64,000 nucleotides of DNA from a virus (IMGVR_UViG_3300025654_000007:6926-70925); one strand, 5' to 3'; positions 46,158 to 56,343 are shown, numbered from the stretch's first letter. Program-made: numbers and translations. The notes: a model not told the origin generated them from the letters alone.

Positions 46158-47873
46158 TTGATTATCTTTAAATCTGTTAAATGGCGCAACTTTCTGTCTA
46201 CTGGTGATAAGTTTACCACCGTTAGATTAGACAAATCTCCTACAACTTTAATCGTAGGCCAAAACGGTGCAGGTAAATCGACACTACTAGACGCTTTGTC
46301 GTTTGGTTTGTTTGGTAAACCTCACCGCGACATTAAGAAAGATCAATTAGTTAACTCTATCAATAAGAAACGATGTGAAGTTGAAGTAGAATTCCACGTT
46401 GGTAATGTTGACTTTAGAATCTATCGTTCAATTAAACCAGGCAAGTTTGAAATCTACCAAGCTGGACAGTTAGTTAATCAGTCGTCTAGCGTTAAAGATT
46501 ACCAAAAGTATTTAGAACAAAATATCCTTAAGTTAAACCATAAGTCATTCCACCAAGTTGTTGTATTGGGATCTAGTTCGTTTATTCCCTTTATGGCATT
46601 ACGTGCTGGTGAAAGACGTGAAGTTATTGAAGATCTATTAGATATTAATATATTCACTAAGATGAAAGGTTTACTTAAAGAACGACAAACTCGTACTAAC
46701 GAACAAATTCAATCATTAACACATCAGATTGAACTATTGAATACTAAAATCGATGCTCAGAAGAAGTATATCACAAACATTGAGTTGATGAATGCAGATC
46801 AAATCGATCAAAAACAAGAGAATATTGAATCTAGCAGAACAGAAATTGAAGTACTTATTTCTGAATCCACAAAACTTGGTGAGAATTTAGATGAGTTGCT
46901 TGCTTCAGAAGAATCTAATCTTAACAGCAATCAGATAAAGGTAGCTGAATTAAATACGTTTGACAATCAGTTTAACAAGAAGGCAAAGGACTTAGTTAAA
47001 CAAAGTAGATTCTACGAAGAAAATAATGAATGTCCAACATGTGATCAAGAAATATGCCAAGATACTAAACACTCTAAGGTTTCTGAGATCAAAGATTCAG
47101 CTCAAGAGATTCAATTAGCTAAGCAAGGATTAACAAAGGAGCTAAATAAGCTTACAAATCTTAATGGTACTATTCAGTTTAAGTTAGCTAAACTTAAAGA
47201 ATCTCAATCATTAATCTTAGCTAATAACCAAAAAGTATCCCTTCTTCAAGAACAGATTGGTCGTACACAAGAAGAGATTTCTATTTTATCTAATCAGTCT
47301 GACGATATGTCAGAAGCTCAAGGCGACTATGATGAACTACGTAGCGACAAGAACGATACACTCGAACGCAAGCTTAAACAGCTAGAAGATAGAGCTTATA
47401 ATGATGCTTTGGCCGAGATGCTTAAAGATACTGGTATTAAGACTAAAGTTATTAAGCAATATTTGCCTGTTATGAATCAATTGGTTAATCAATATCTACA
47501 AGTATTAGACTTCTTCGTTGCATTTAACTTAGATGAAAGCTTTAACGAAACAATCAAATCTCGACACAGAGATATGTTTAACTATTCATCTTTCTCTGAA
47601 GGTGAGAAACAACGTATCGATCTATCTCTATTGTTTACTTGGAGAAAGATTGCTCAGATGAAGAACAGTGCTAACACAAACCTTCTTATTCTAGATGAGA
47701 CGTTTGACTCTAGTCTAGATGTTGAAGGTGTTGAGAATCTAACCAAAATCTTAGCTACTCTCGAAGATGGTTCTAACGTGTTCATTATATCACATAAAGG
47801 CGATATATTAGAGAACAAGTTCAGATCTAAAATTGAGTTTGTTAAGGATCAAAACTTCTCTAGACTTAAGTGA
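46158..47873 (+). CDS. gp46: Recombination ATPase (Rad50/SbcC-like), TTG start
   Basis: WRNFLSTG, GQNGAGKS, CPTC hook, SFSEGEKQRIDL, LILDETFDSSLD. Confidence 0.97.
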   Translation: MIIFKSVKWRNFLSTGDKFTTVRLDKSPTTLIVGQNGAGKSTLLDALSFGLFGKPHRDIKKDQLVNSINKKRCEVEVEFHVGNVDFRIYRSIKPGKFEIYQAGQLVNQSSSVKDYQKYLEQNILKLNHKSFHQVVVLGSSSFIPFMALRAGERREVIEDLLDINIFTKMKGLLKERQTRTNEQIQSLTHQIELLNTKIDAQKKYITNIELMNADQIDQKQENIESSRTEIEVLISESTKLGENLDELLASEESNLNSNQIKVAELNTFDNQFNKKAKDLVKQSRFYEENNECPTCDQEICQDTKHSKVSEIKDSAQEIQLAKQGLTKELNKLTNLNGTIQFKLAKLKESQSLILANNQKVSLLQEQIGRTQEEISILSNQSDDMSEAQGDYDELRSDKNDTLERKLKQLEDRAYNDALAEMLKDTGIKTKVIKQYLPVMNQLVNQYLQVLDFFVAFNLDESFNETIKSRHRDMFNYSSFSEGEKQRIDLSLLFTWRKIAQMKNSANTNLLILDETFDSSLDVEGVENLTKILATLEDGSNVFIISHKGDILENKFRSKIEFVKDQNFSRLK

Positions 47874-48163
47874 TCCTGATATTCACGCCTGGTCAAAGCA
47901 ATATGTATACTCAAATCAAATACTCCGGTGCACAGGCGTGCACATCTGGTAAATATCTAACCGATTCAATAACATATACACTAAAATGAGTGAAATATGT
48001 CACCCTGGTCACCATATTTGACAATATATCATACAATTACTCACTCCGGATGGCAATTCTACTGTTAAGATTTAGCTCTGTTACTGTGCTAAACTCATAT
48101 TCCCTAAGGTTATATAGACATCAGTTAATATACCTAAATGATCTCACTATAATCAAAATAATT

Positions 48164-48193
48164 GTTTACATCACGTGATAGATGGTTTATAAT
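48164..48193 (+). promoter_or_regulatory. Early promoter
   Basis: GTTTACA-N17-TATAAT. Confidence 0.9.
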
Positions 48194-48223
48194 TATCTTA
48201 TTAAATCAACATGAGAATCTAAT

Positions 48224-50569
48224 ATGTCATATAAAGTTAACCCACTCCTTGCTAAACTACTAGCTAAAGAGGACATTACCATTCAGAGTGGTAACTACTC
48301 ATCTGCTTGGTTTGACGTAAAGCATAGAGTATTAGGTCTACCCAATTGGAAAGATATGGGTAAAAACGTATATGATCTTTTGGTTGGTCATGAGGTTGGT
48401 CATGCATTATACACTCCAGAAGAAGGCTTCCATGCAAATAACGAAATGGTAAAAGGCTGTCCTAAGCCTTATTTGAACGTTATTGAAGATGCTCGTATCG
48501 AACGATTTATTCAGCGAGACTATCCAGGTTTGGTAAGTTGCTTTTCTAAAGGTTATACTTCGTTATTTCATGACGGAGTATTTGGAGATATAGATCCTGC
48601 TATGGTTCCTTCAATGAAACTTATTGATCGAATGAATCTTAAAGCTAAATTAGGAAGTCGACTTGATGTTCCATTCAACGACGAAGAGCAAATTCTATTT
48701 AATAGATCATTAACTAATCAAACATGGGAAGACGTATGTAATTTAGTTAGAGATGTAGTTGCATATGAAGATGAAGATAAGAATGAACAAGATGACCCTG
48801 AAGATAGCGAAGAACAGACTGATGGTAGTGGCGAACTAGAAAGCAGTGATCAACAAGAAGGCGATAGCGATCAAGATAAGGATCAAGATTCAGATGATTC
48901 TGGAGAAAGTCAACCTGAAGAAGAACAAGAAAATGAAGATGATGGCGACAGTCAGGGAATGAGCGTCGACGAACGCGAAGGTCAAGGTCAAGGTCAAGTT
49001 GGTTCAAATGGGACAGATGGTTCAACAACTGGTTACGGTGACTTAGATGGAGAAGAGAAATCATATGAGTCGTTAACAGACGCTAATTTTAGAAATAATG
49101 AAGACAAATTTATAAATACCGACAAAGCAGGCAACATGATATTTGCCTTCGAAGACTATAACAAAAACGATTTAACTAAAATCATAGTACCATATTCTGA
49201 AATTAAACAGGCTCGACTTGAACAAGAAGCTAACGCTAATAAGCCATTCAGAGTTACAGAGATAAAGTCATGTTTGAAGCAATACACGAAGACTAAACTT
49301 AAAGAATATAATAAGAATGTGCAACCTGCGGTTAGGGAATTTGAAGCACGAAAAGCAGCATATGAATATCAGCGATCAGCGACTGCTAATAGAGGAACCC
49401 TTGACGTTAATAAGTTGTTTTCATATCGATATAACGAGGACATATTCTCGTCATTAAACATAAAGGCAGATGCTAAGAATCATGGCTTGTTTATGCTTTT
49501 AGATCTATCTGGTTCAATGCAGCAAATACTATCTGAGGTTATTGAACAAACATTAACTCTAATTTGCTTTTGTCGAGCAACTAATATTCCTTTTAAACTA
49601 TACGGATTTACAACTGGTAATGACACAGAGCGCCATGAAGTATCAGTATTAAGTCCTGATACTATGTCATGTTCTTTAGTCGAATTAGCAAGTTCAGATC
49701 TTAACTCTAAAGACATGGCCTCTGCACTTGAATATATTGCATATAAGGGTGTAGTTTATACCTATACTACACATGATAAGGCTGAGGCTGATACTTCGGG
49801 TCTTATACACAAAGTAAGAGAACTAAGATACATTGCTAATTCTATAGTTCCACACAAGGAAAGTCTTGGTGCTACTCCGTTTAACCAAGCTCTTATGGCT
49901 TCTAGAAGCCTTATGATTAATTTTAAAGCTAAACACAGAATACAGAAACTAACATTGGTTACATTATGTGACGGCGACGCTGCTCAGCTTAGCTCAATGT
50001 GGTGTTATGATCGAGATGATAATTCTTCAGCAGAAACAGCAGCAACGATTGCACAGAAATATAACAGCACTGATATAATACTTAAAGTCGGAAGTGATGA
50101 AATTAAAACATATGGTGATGTTACAACTCGTGGTCCTAGACAATCGATCTTTGCTTCTATTAAAGACAGAAAACTAACAACTAAGATCTTAGAATCAATT
50201 AAAACACAAATTGGAATCGAATCCTTAGGATTCTTTGTTTCAACTGGTAGTAGTAATTTTAACTACCGTGTTGTTGGTGCTATGCATAGTAAAGATTCTA
50301 AACTATCATGGGATCATGGTACTAATGATCAAATTAAGAAGAAAGCATCTAAGGAGTATAACAAGAAGAAATGCGTAACTATTACTAAGTGCTACGGTTA
50401 TGATAACTACTTCATAGTGAAAAGTGGAACCGCGTTATCAGTAGAATCAAACTTTGAGGTAGAGACAGATGCAAAGCCAGGCCAGATCAAAAATGCCTTT
50501 GGAAAGTATGCAAAGGGTAAGAAAACAAACAAAGTACTATTAGAAAGCTTCGCCAGAGCCATATGTTAA
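48224..50569 (+). CDS. HExxH metallopeptidase-like N-domain, acidic linker and VWA (MIDAS) domain protein (CobT-like partner)
   Basis: LLVGHEVGHALYT; NVIEDARIE; D/E/Q-rich linker; LLDLSGSM MIDAS; TLCDGD. Confidence 0.85.
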   Translation: MSYKVNPLLAKLLAKEDITIQSGNYSSAWFDVKHRVLGLPNWKDMGKNVYDLLVGHEVGHALYTPEEGFHANNEMVKGCPKPYLNVIEDARIERFIQRDYPGLVSCFSKGYTSLFHDGVFGDIDPAMVPSMKLIDRMNLKAKLGSRLDVPFNDEEQILFNRSLTNQTWEDVCNLVRDVVAYEDEDKNEQDDPEDSEEQTDGSGELESSDQQEGDSDQDKDQDSDDSGESQPEEEQENEDDGDSQGMSVDEREGQGQGQVGSNGTDGSTTGYGDLDGEEKSYESLTDANFRNNEDKFINTDKAGNMIFAFEDYNKNDLTKIIVPYSEIKQARLEQEANANKPFRVTEIKSCLKQYTKTKLKEYNKNVQPAVREFEARKAAYEYQRSATANRGTLDVNKLFSYRYNEDIFSSLNIKADAKNHGLFMLLDLSGSMQQILSEVIEQTLTLICFCRATNIPFKLYGFTTGNDTERHEVSVLSPDTMSCSLVELASSDLNSKDMASALEYIAYKGVVYTYTTHDKAEADTSGLIHKVRELRYIANSIVPHKESLGATPFNQALMASRSLMINFKAKHRIQKLTLVTLCDGDAAQLSSMWCYDRDDNSSAETAATIAQKYNSTDIILKVGSDEIKTYGDVTTRGPRQSIFASIKDRKLTTKILESIKTQIGIESLGFFVSTGSSNFNYRVVGAMHSKDSKLSWDHGTNDQIKKKASKEYNKKKCVTITKCYGYDNYFIVKSGTALSVESNFEVETDAKPGQIKNAFGKYAKGKKTNKVLLESFARAIC

Positions 50570-50596
50570 TATTTACAAAAAATAATGCAAATAATC

Positions 50597-50626
50597 GTTT
50601 ACAAAGCTTCGGTTTTGTGTTATAAT
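50597..50626 (+). promoter_or_regulatory. Early promoter
   Basis: GTTTACA-N17-TATAAT with TGn. Confidence 0.9.
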
Positions 50627-50645
50627 TACCCTATCTTAAAATGAA

Positions 50646-51863
50646 ATGAGAAACTACATTATGGTACTATCATCAAGCAGTCAAGCTATTGTTAATGAGC
50701 TACAATCTCGCTATCCAGATCAATTAGAATTTCGTAAAGGTATAATTGAACAATGTGCGCATGATATGGGACTTGGTGGTAAAGATTGGGGTCCAATCTG
50801 TTGCTCTGAACTGCGCGTCCGAAAGGGTACTTACAGCTTGTCAAGTTTATTTTCAACATCTGATGGTAAAAGTCAGAACGCTGTAGTATCTAATTCAACG
50901 TCTGATGTTGTATCACCAGCATCAGAAGTCCAGACTCAAAATGTGATGAGAATGGTTAGTTCTGTATCTTCAAATACTGTGAACATTGCTCAAGTAGATA
51001 GCAACTATGTACCATTTGGTGCATTTAAAGATGTGTTGTCTATTATTAAAACTGAAATGTTCTTTCCTACATTCATATCTGGTCTATCTGGTAATGGTAA
51101 AACATTTATGGTAGAACAAGCTTGCGCTAAAGCTAAGAGAGAATGCTTACGAGTACAAATTAATCCAGAGACTGATGAAGACGATTTAATCGGTGGATTT
51201 CGTTTAGTTGCTGGTGAAACTGTATTTGCTAAAGGTCCAGTAATCAAGGCTATGGAGTCAGGTTCAGTGCTTCTCCTTGATGAGATTGATCGAGCAACTA
51301 ATAAGATTATGTGTCTACAGGGAGTCTTAGAAGGTAAGCCAGTCTTGATTAAAAAGACAGGCGAATTGATCCAACCAGCTGATGGTTTTACTATTATCGC
51401 GACAGCTAATACTAAAGGCAAAGGTTCAGAAGATGGTCGATTCGTTGCTGCCACTGTTATTGATGATGCGTTCTTAGAACGATTCACTATTACTATTGAT
51501 CAAGAGTATCCATCTAAAGCAACTGAAAAGAAGATTTTGATCAAACATATGGACACATTTGGACATACTGACGAAGAGTTTGCTGATAAGCTAGTTATTT
51601 GGAGCGAAATTATTCGTAAGACATTTCAAGATGACGGTGTTGATGAACTTATCTCTACTCGACGATTATGTCATATTGCAAAAACCTATTCTATCTTTAA
51701 AGATAGAGCAAAGTCTATCGATTTGTGTATCGCTAGATTTGATGACGATACCCGCGAAGCATTCTTAGATTTGTACACTAAGATCGATGCTGACGCTAAT
51801 ATGGAAACAACTGGTGAAGAGGAAATTGTTATCCCATTCGCTGATAGCGAAGCCCCGTTCTAG
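50646..51863 (+). CDS. cobS: MoxR/CobS-like AAA+ ATPase
   Basis: GLSGNGKT, ETDEDDLIGGF, LLLDEID, ATANTKGKG, AFLERF, ISTRRL. Confidence 0.9.
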   Translation: MRNYIMVLSSSSQAIVNELQSRYPDQLEFRKGIIEQCAHDMGLGGKDWGPICCSELRVRKGTYSLSSLFSTSDGKSQNAVVSNSTSDVVSPASEVQTQNVMRMVSSVSSNTVNIAQVDSNYVPFGAFKDVLSIIKTEMFFPTFISGLSGNGKTFMVEQACAKAKRECLRVQINPETDEDDLIGGFRLVAGETVFAKGPVIKAMESGSVLLLDEIDRATNKIMCLQGVLEGKPVLIKKTGELIQPADGFTIIATANTKGKGSEDGRFVAATVIDDAFLERFTITIDQEYPSKATEKKILIKHMDTFGHTDEEFADKLVIWSEIIRKTFQDDGVDELISTRRLCHIAKTYSIFKDRAKSIDLCIARFDDDTREAFLDLYTKIDADANMETTGEEEIVIPFADSEAPF

Positions 51864-51893
51864 AAACAATTAATTATTATATAGGAGTCAGTT

Positions 51894-52466
51894 ATGACTG
51901 ATAAGAGAAAGACGTTAAATGATGCTAGCCCAAAAGAATGGGATGAAGCAAGTGAACAGCATAACGCTGATCGCAAATGGGCGTTAACTTTAGAAAACGA
52001 AGTAGTACAAGTTGCAAATCAGGCAATGGCAAAAACATTAGCGAATCCAGAAGATGATCCTGGTTTTCCAGTTATGGATGGCATAGGTGAGTTGACTTAT
52101 AATACTTCTGAACTTCGCGATAAGCTCGGTTGGGATGAATTCTTTAAATCTACTGGCGCTTCATATGACACCTTTCCCGACCGCGATCTCGTACGAGTAC
52201 CATATAAGTTTAACGAAGGTCCACTAATTGCAGAGTTTAAAGACTATATTGATTCAACCTATAGTGGTCATTACTCTAAGAATAAATTCCAATCAACTGA
52301 GTTCATCATTGATTGCGACCATGGCTTAGGGTTTACATTAGGCAATGTCCTCAAGTACACTCAGCGATATGGTAAGAAAGAAGGTCATAACCGTAAAGAT
52401 CTATTAAAGATATTACATTATGCTTTAATCGCATTAAGTATTCACGATGATAACTTTGAAAAGTAG
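51894..52466 (+). CDS. DUF3310/SaV-like protein with N-terminal extension
   Basis: YSGHYS, GFTLGNVLKYTQRYGKK, DLLKILHYA. Confidence 0.75.
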   Translation: MTDKRKTLNDASPKEWDEASEQHNADRKWALTLENEVVQVANQAMAKTLANPEDDPGFPVMDGIGELTYNTSELRDKLGWDEFFKSTGASYDTFPDRDLVRVPYKFNEGPLIAEFKDYIDSTYSGHYSKNKFQSTEFIIDCDHGLGFTLGNVLKYTQRYGKKEGHNRKDLLKILHYALIALSIHDDNFEK

Positions 52467-52495
52467 TTTACATTTAACCCAAAATATGTTATAAT
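52466..52495 (+). promoter_or_regulatory. Early promoter for gp45
   Basis: GTTTACA-N17-TATAAT with TGn. Confidence 0.9.
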
Positions 52496-52526
52496 ATATA
52501 ACACTAAACTAATAGGTAACTTTATA

Positions 52527-53222
52527 ATGAGCATTAGCATTTCAGATCAGACAATAGCAGTTCTTAGAAACTTTGCAACAATTAACCCAAACGTAGTATT
52601 ACGTCCAGGTGGCGTAGTCAAAACTATCGCCGAAGCTAAGAATATCCTTGCTTCAGCCACTATCGCAGAAGACTTTCCTTCTGAAATGGGTATCTACGAC
52701 TTGAATGAATTTCTTTCAGTTCTAAACTTAGTAGCATCTCCACAGATTGAATTTGATCAAAACTCTGCTATTATTTCTAGCATTGGTGGTAGTTCAAAAA
52801 TCCGATACTTCTTTTCGGATCCTTCAATCCTAACTGCTCCTCAGAAAGACATCACCATGCCTTCTTCTGACGTCAAGCTATCGTTATCTGATACAGATCT
52901 TGGTGCTATTCGTAAAGCAGCCGCAGTTCTTGGCCATACTGAGTTATCAATCATTGGTCAAGATGGTAAAGTAACCCTTCGAGTATTAGATACCAAAGAT
53001 TCATCTGCTAATACCTTTGATTACGATACTGGCCGTAGTACGACAGAAGAGTTTAACTTTGTTGTTAATATTCCTAATCTTAAGCTAATGACTGCTGATT
53101 ACGATATTGAGATTAGTAAGAAATTGATCTCTAAGTGGACTGCTTCAACTGGTATTGAATACTTTATTGCATTGGAAAAGAGCTCAACCTTCGGTGAAGC
53201 ATCAGATGGAGTTGCGCTATAA
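52527..53222 (+). CDS. gp45: Sliding clamp
   Basis: LRNFATINPN, AKNILASATI.EDFP..MGIYDLNEFL, YFIALE. Confidence 0.96.
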   Translation: MSISISDQTIAVLRNFATINPNVVLRPGGVVKTIAEAKNILASATIAEDFPSEMGIYDLNEFLSVLNLVASPQIEFDQNSAIISSIGGSSKIRYFFSDPSILTAPQKDITMPSSDVKLSLSDTDLGAIRKAAAVLGHTELSIIGQDGKVTLRVLDTKDSSANTFDYDTGRSTTEEFNFVVNIPNLKLMTADYDIEISKKLISKWTASTGIEYFIALEKSSTFGEASDGVAL

Positions 53223-53521
53223 TGGAAACATACTTCGTTATGTCTATAATAGTCTTAGTGTTGTTACTCATGGGGTTCTTTGCGTATAGCGCTGGTTCCT
53301 CAGAGTACAAAAGCAAGATTAACAGTGATGGTGTTTACAGAAGAGAATTAGCAAGTATGCTAACCGATATCCGTCGTGATATTCATCATATGGAAGTAAA
53401 CGCAAAGGGCATTTCAGACAAAAAGGTAAAAGACTGTCTAGAAAAGAATATAGTTTTAATCGACAAGAAAGTTGACTATATTGATGAACTTAACAAAAGA
53501 ACAATTAACGGTAATTTATAA
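53222..53521 (+). CDS. Hypothetical protein with N-terminal TM anchor
   Basis: Hydrophobic residues 4-22 followed by a coiled-coil; TAATG coupling at both ends. Confidence 0.65.
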   Translation: METYFVMSIIVLVLLLMGFFAYSAGSSEYKSKINSDGVYRRELASMLTDIRRDIHHMEVNAKGISDKKVKDCLEKNIVLIDKKVDYIDELNKRTINGNL

Positions 53522-53802
53522 TGAGCAACGACAACATGCAAGAAGTAGCAGAACTATCGGTACCATTACAACGACTGTATTTAGCATTAGAAAAAGGTAT
53601 TGTTAAGGTTACCTTTAATAAAGTTAACGGCGATCAAAGAGTAATGGATTCTACGTTAAATCCAGCAATATTAGCCGAGCATGGATATGATACACCACCT
53701 GAAAAAAGAACAACTCAGTCTGACGCGATTGCTGTATTTGACGTAAACGCAAAAGGTTGGAGATCATTTAAGTGGTCGAAAGTAGTAGAGCTAGATTGTT
53801 AA
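53521..53802 (+). CDS. WYL_2 / Sm-like SH3 protein (DUF2693-like)
   Basis: VKVTFNKVNGDQRVM..TL ... AVFDV.AKGWRSF. Confidence 0.8.
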   Translation: MSNDNMQEVAELSVPLQRLYLALEKGIVKVTFNKVNGDQRVMDSTLNPAILAEHGYDTPPEKRTTQSDAIAVFDVNAKGWRSFKWSKVVELDC

Positions 53803-53810
53803 TAATAACA

Positions 53811-53840
53811 GTTTACATTTATTGCCCCTTATTATATAAT
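53811..53840 (+). promoter_or_regulatory. Early promoter for gp44
   Basis: GTTTACA-N17-TATAAT. Confidence 0.9.
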
Positions 53841-53870
53841 TATCATATCTTGAATTGAAAAGGTTATATT

Positions 53871-54809
53871 ATGTCAAATGAATTTCTATGGGTCGAGAAG
53901 TATCGACCAGCTAAAGTATCTGATGCTATTTTACCAAAGCAACTTAAAACAACCTTTCTTGAAATCGTCAAATCTGGCGAAATCCCAAACCTTCTATTTA
54001 CTGGTACTGCTGGTGTTGGTAAGACTACAATCGCTAAAGCACTTTGTAACGAATTAGAACTTGATTATTTAATAGTCAATGGCTCTGAAGAAGGTAACAT
54101 TGATACTCTTCGTACTAAAATCAAACACTTTGCTTCGTCTATCTCGTTACAAGGTGGTTATAAAGTAGTCATATTAGATGAAGCTGATTATCTCAATGCT
54201 CAATCTACTCAACCTGCCCTTCGTGGCTTTATTGAAGAATTCTCTTCTAACTGTCGTTTTATTCTAACATGCAACTATAAGAACAGAATCATCGAGCCAT
54301 TACATTCTCGATGCTCGACTGTCGAGTTTAGTTTAAGCAAGAAAGATATGCCTGGTCTTATGGCTAAGTTTATGAATAGAGCTGAAAACATATTAGATAA
54401 CGAAAACGTTAAATACGACAAGCAAGTTCTAGCTGAACTCATTATGCAATATTGTCCAGATTGGCGTAGAGTCTTAAATGAACTTCAGCGCTATTCAGTC
54501 TCTGGTACAATCGATTCTGGTATATTAGTAACGTTGAATAGCGTATCTCTCGATGGTCTTATGTCTGCTTTAAAAGCCAAAGACTTTAAGAAAATGCGAC
54601 AATGGGTTGCTAATAACATTGACCAAGAACCAACAGCATTATTCAGAAAGATATATGATACTATGGGTGAATATATCGAACCATCATCTATTCCTCAAAC
54701 AGTTCTTATTTTAGCTGATTATCAATACAAGAACGCATTCGTGGCAGACGCTGAACTTAACTTCGTAGCTTGCTTAACAGAAATCATGGCTGGAGTTAAC
54801 TTTAAATGA
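53871..54809 (+). CDS. gp44: Clamp loader large subunit
   Basis: FLWVEKYRP, GTAGVGKT, ILDEAD, SRC, EINFVAC-like C-terminus. Confidence 0.97.
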   Translation: MSNEFLWVEKYRPAKVSDAILPKQLKTTFLEIVKSGEIPNLLFTGTAGVGKTTIAKALCNELELDYLIVNGSEEGNIDTLRTKIKHFASSISLQGGYKVVILDEADYLNAQSTQPALRGFIEEFSSNCRFILTCNYKNRIIEPLHSRCSTVEFSLSKKDMPGLMAKFMNRAENILDNENVKYDKQVLAELIMQYCPDWRRVLNELQRYSVSGTIDSGILVTLNSVSLDGLMSALKAKDFKKMRQWVANNIDQEPTALFRKIYDTMGEYIEPSSIPQTVLILADYQYKNAFVADAELNFVACLTEIMAGVNFK

Positions 54810-55378
54810 GTCAATGTTTAATATACGATTATGAGACATTAGGTCAAAATCCTAATACCGCACCTATTCTTTCAATTGCTCTTTATGCATTTGATGACCA
54901 GAAGCTTAGTGAACTTACTCTTGAAGACATAGTATCTAATTGCAGTATGTATAAATTTGATGTTGCTGAACAGATTACTAAATACAATAAAGTAGTTTGC
55001 CCAGGCACAGTCGAATGGTGGTCAAAGCAGTCTAAATCGGCTCAAGCTGTACTCGATCCTTCTGAAGATGATGTATCTATTGAAGAGCTACCTAATATGT
55101 TTCAGCGCATGATGAACGTTCCACCTGAACGCGTTTACACGAGAGGTAATACATTCGACCCTATCTTCACTTCGCAGGTATGTAGAGATATTGATGCCGC
55201 CGAACCTTATCCATGGTGGACCATCAGAGACACTAGATCACTAATCGAAGGTATGTCTTATGGATCTAACATTAGAAACACATTCATGCCACCATCGGTA
55301 AAAGAATCAGATGTTGTATTACATGACCCACGATACGATATCGCACTTGACGTTTTACGAATTGCAGCATTAACTTAA
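54806..55378 (+). CDS. dexA: DEDDh 3'-5' exonuclease (DexA-like)
   Basis: IYDYETLG, TVEWW, RGNTFD, WTIRDTR, HDPRYD. Confidence 0.85.
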   Translation: MSQCLIYDYETLGQNPNTAPILSIALYAFDDQKLSELTLEDIVSNCSMYKFDVAEQITKYNKVVCPGTVEWWSKQSKSAQAVLDPSEDDVSIEELPNMFQRMMNVPPERVYTRGNTFDPIFTSQVCRDIDAAEPYPWWTIRDTRSLIEGMSYGSNIRNTFMPPSVKESDVVLHDPRYDIALDVLRIAALT

Positions 55379-55389
55379 TAGGATATATC

Positions 55390-55563
55390 ATGGAAAACAC
55401 ATTAAGCAACTCAGATGTTTGGGCAACACATTACGAAGACGATATTATATGCTTTCGTGCTGTAATTATTTCTCCTTTAGGCACCGTTGCTGAAGATCTT
55501 GGACTATATGAGCTAGAATCAGATGCTTGGATTGCAATTGAAAACTATGAGTCTATGCAATGA
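55390..55563 (+). CDS. Small acidic hypothetical protein, 57 aa (missing from ORF track)
   Basis: AGGA SD; MENTLSNSDVWATHYEDDIICFRAVIISPLGTVAEDLGLYELESDAWIAIENYESMQ*; ATGA overlap with gp62. Confidence 0.65.
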   Translation: MENTLSNSDVWATHYEDDIICFRAVIISPLGTVAEDLGLYELESDAWIAIENYESMQ

Positions 55564-55946
55564 ATCCATTTGACTACTTAAATGCAATCAACGCGACTAA
55601 AGAAGATGTCATGGTTGATGACGTGGCTGAATCAAAGTACAATGCATTTTTAATAAATCGTGGACTGTCATATTTCGTTGACACTGTACTTTATGCTAAC
55701 GAGATGAACCTTCATAATCATATAGATAAACGTATGCAGTTTGATTTTCTTCAATCTAGTATTCGTAAGAGAAAACGTTTTTCAAAATGGGCAAAGGCAG
55801 AGAAGGTAACGGACTTAGAAGTAGTAAAGGAATATTATGGCTATAGTAATGAAAAAGCTAAAGCTATCTTACCACTCTTAAATGATGAACAATTAGATCA
55901 ATTAAAACTTAAATTGAATAAAGGTGGAAAAAGTGGACGGAAATAA
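55560..55946 (+). CDS. gp62: Clamp loader small subunit
   Basis: MNPFDYLNAI, YNAFLINRGLSYFVDTVLYANEMN, RKRKRFSKW. Confidence 0.95.
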   Translation: MNPFDYLNAINATKEDVMVDDVAESKYNAFLINRGLSYFVDTVLYANEMNLHNHIDKRMQFDFLQSSIRKRKRFSKWAKAEKVTDLEVVKEYYGYSNEKAKAILPLLNDEQLDQLKLKLNKGGKSGRK

Positions 55947-56343
55947 CGAAGTAAACACATGGTCACCAAGCGATATGCTTGAGGTTACAATCAACGAACC
56001 AGATGATTTTCTAAAAATTAGAGAAACTCTTACTCGTATTGGCGTAGCGACTAAAGACAAAACAATTATACAGTCATGCCATATACTACATAAGCAGGGG
56101 AGATACTTCATTGTTCACTTTAAAGAGCTTTTTCTATTAGACGGTAAGCCATCTAATTTAATTGAAAATGACGTACAGCGACGTAACACTATTGCTACTC
56201 TCTTAGGTGATTGGGGTCTGATCAATATTAACGAGCCGCAGTTAGCTACTAATGTTGCTCCTCTTAGACAAATTAAGATCATACCTCACAAGGACAAGTC
56301 AGAATGGACACTGAAGTCTAAATACAACATCGGAAATAGTTAA
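55924..56343 (+). CDS. regA: Translational repressor
   Basis: PDDFLKIRETLTRIGVA, QSCHILHKQGRYFIVHFKELFLLDG. Confidence 0.97.
   Translation: MEKVDGNNEVNTWSPSDMLEVTINEPDDFLKIRETLTRIGVATKDKTIIQSCHILHKQGRYFIVHFKELFLLDGKPSNLIENDVQRRNTIATLLGDWGLININEPQLATNVAPLRQIKIIPHKDKSEWTLKSKYNIGNS

Noticed and set aside
47990-48178. 62-aa + strand ORF in the gp46-VWA gap
   Set aside because: No SD, atypical composition, and it runs through the -35 of the next early promoter
49111-49118. TATAAATA inside the VWA gene
   Set aside because: Lies mid-CDS in an early gene in AT-rich DNA; expected by chance
50646-51863. Cobalamin biosynthesis role for the cobS-like gene
   Set aside because: No cobN or other cob genes in the window; the motifs only support a generic MoxR AAA+ ATPase
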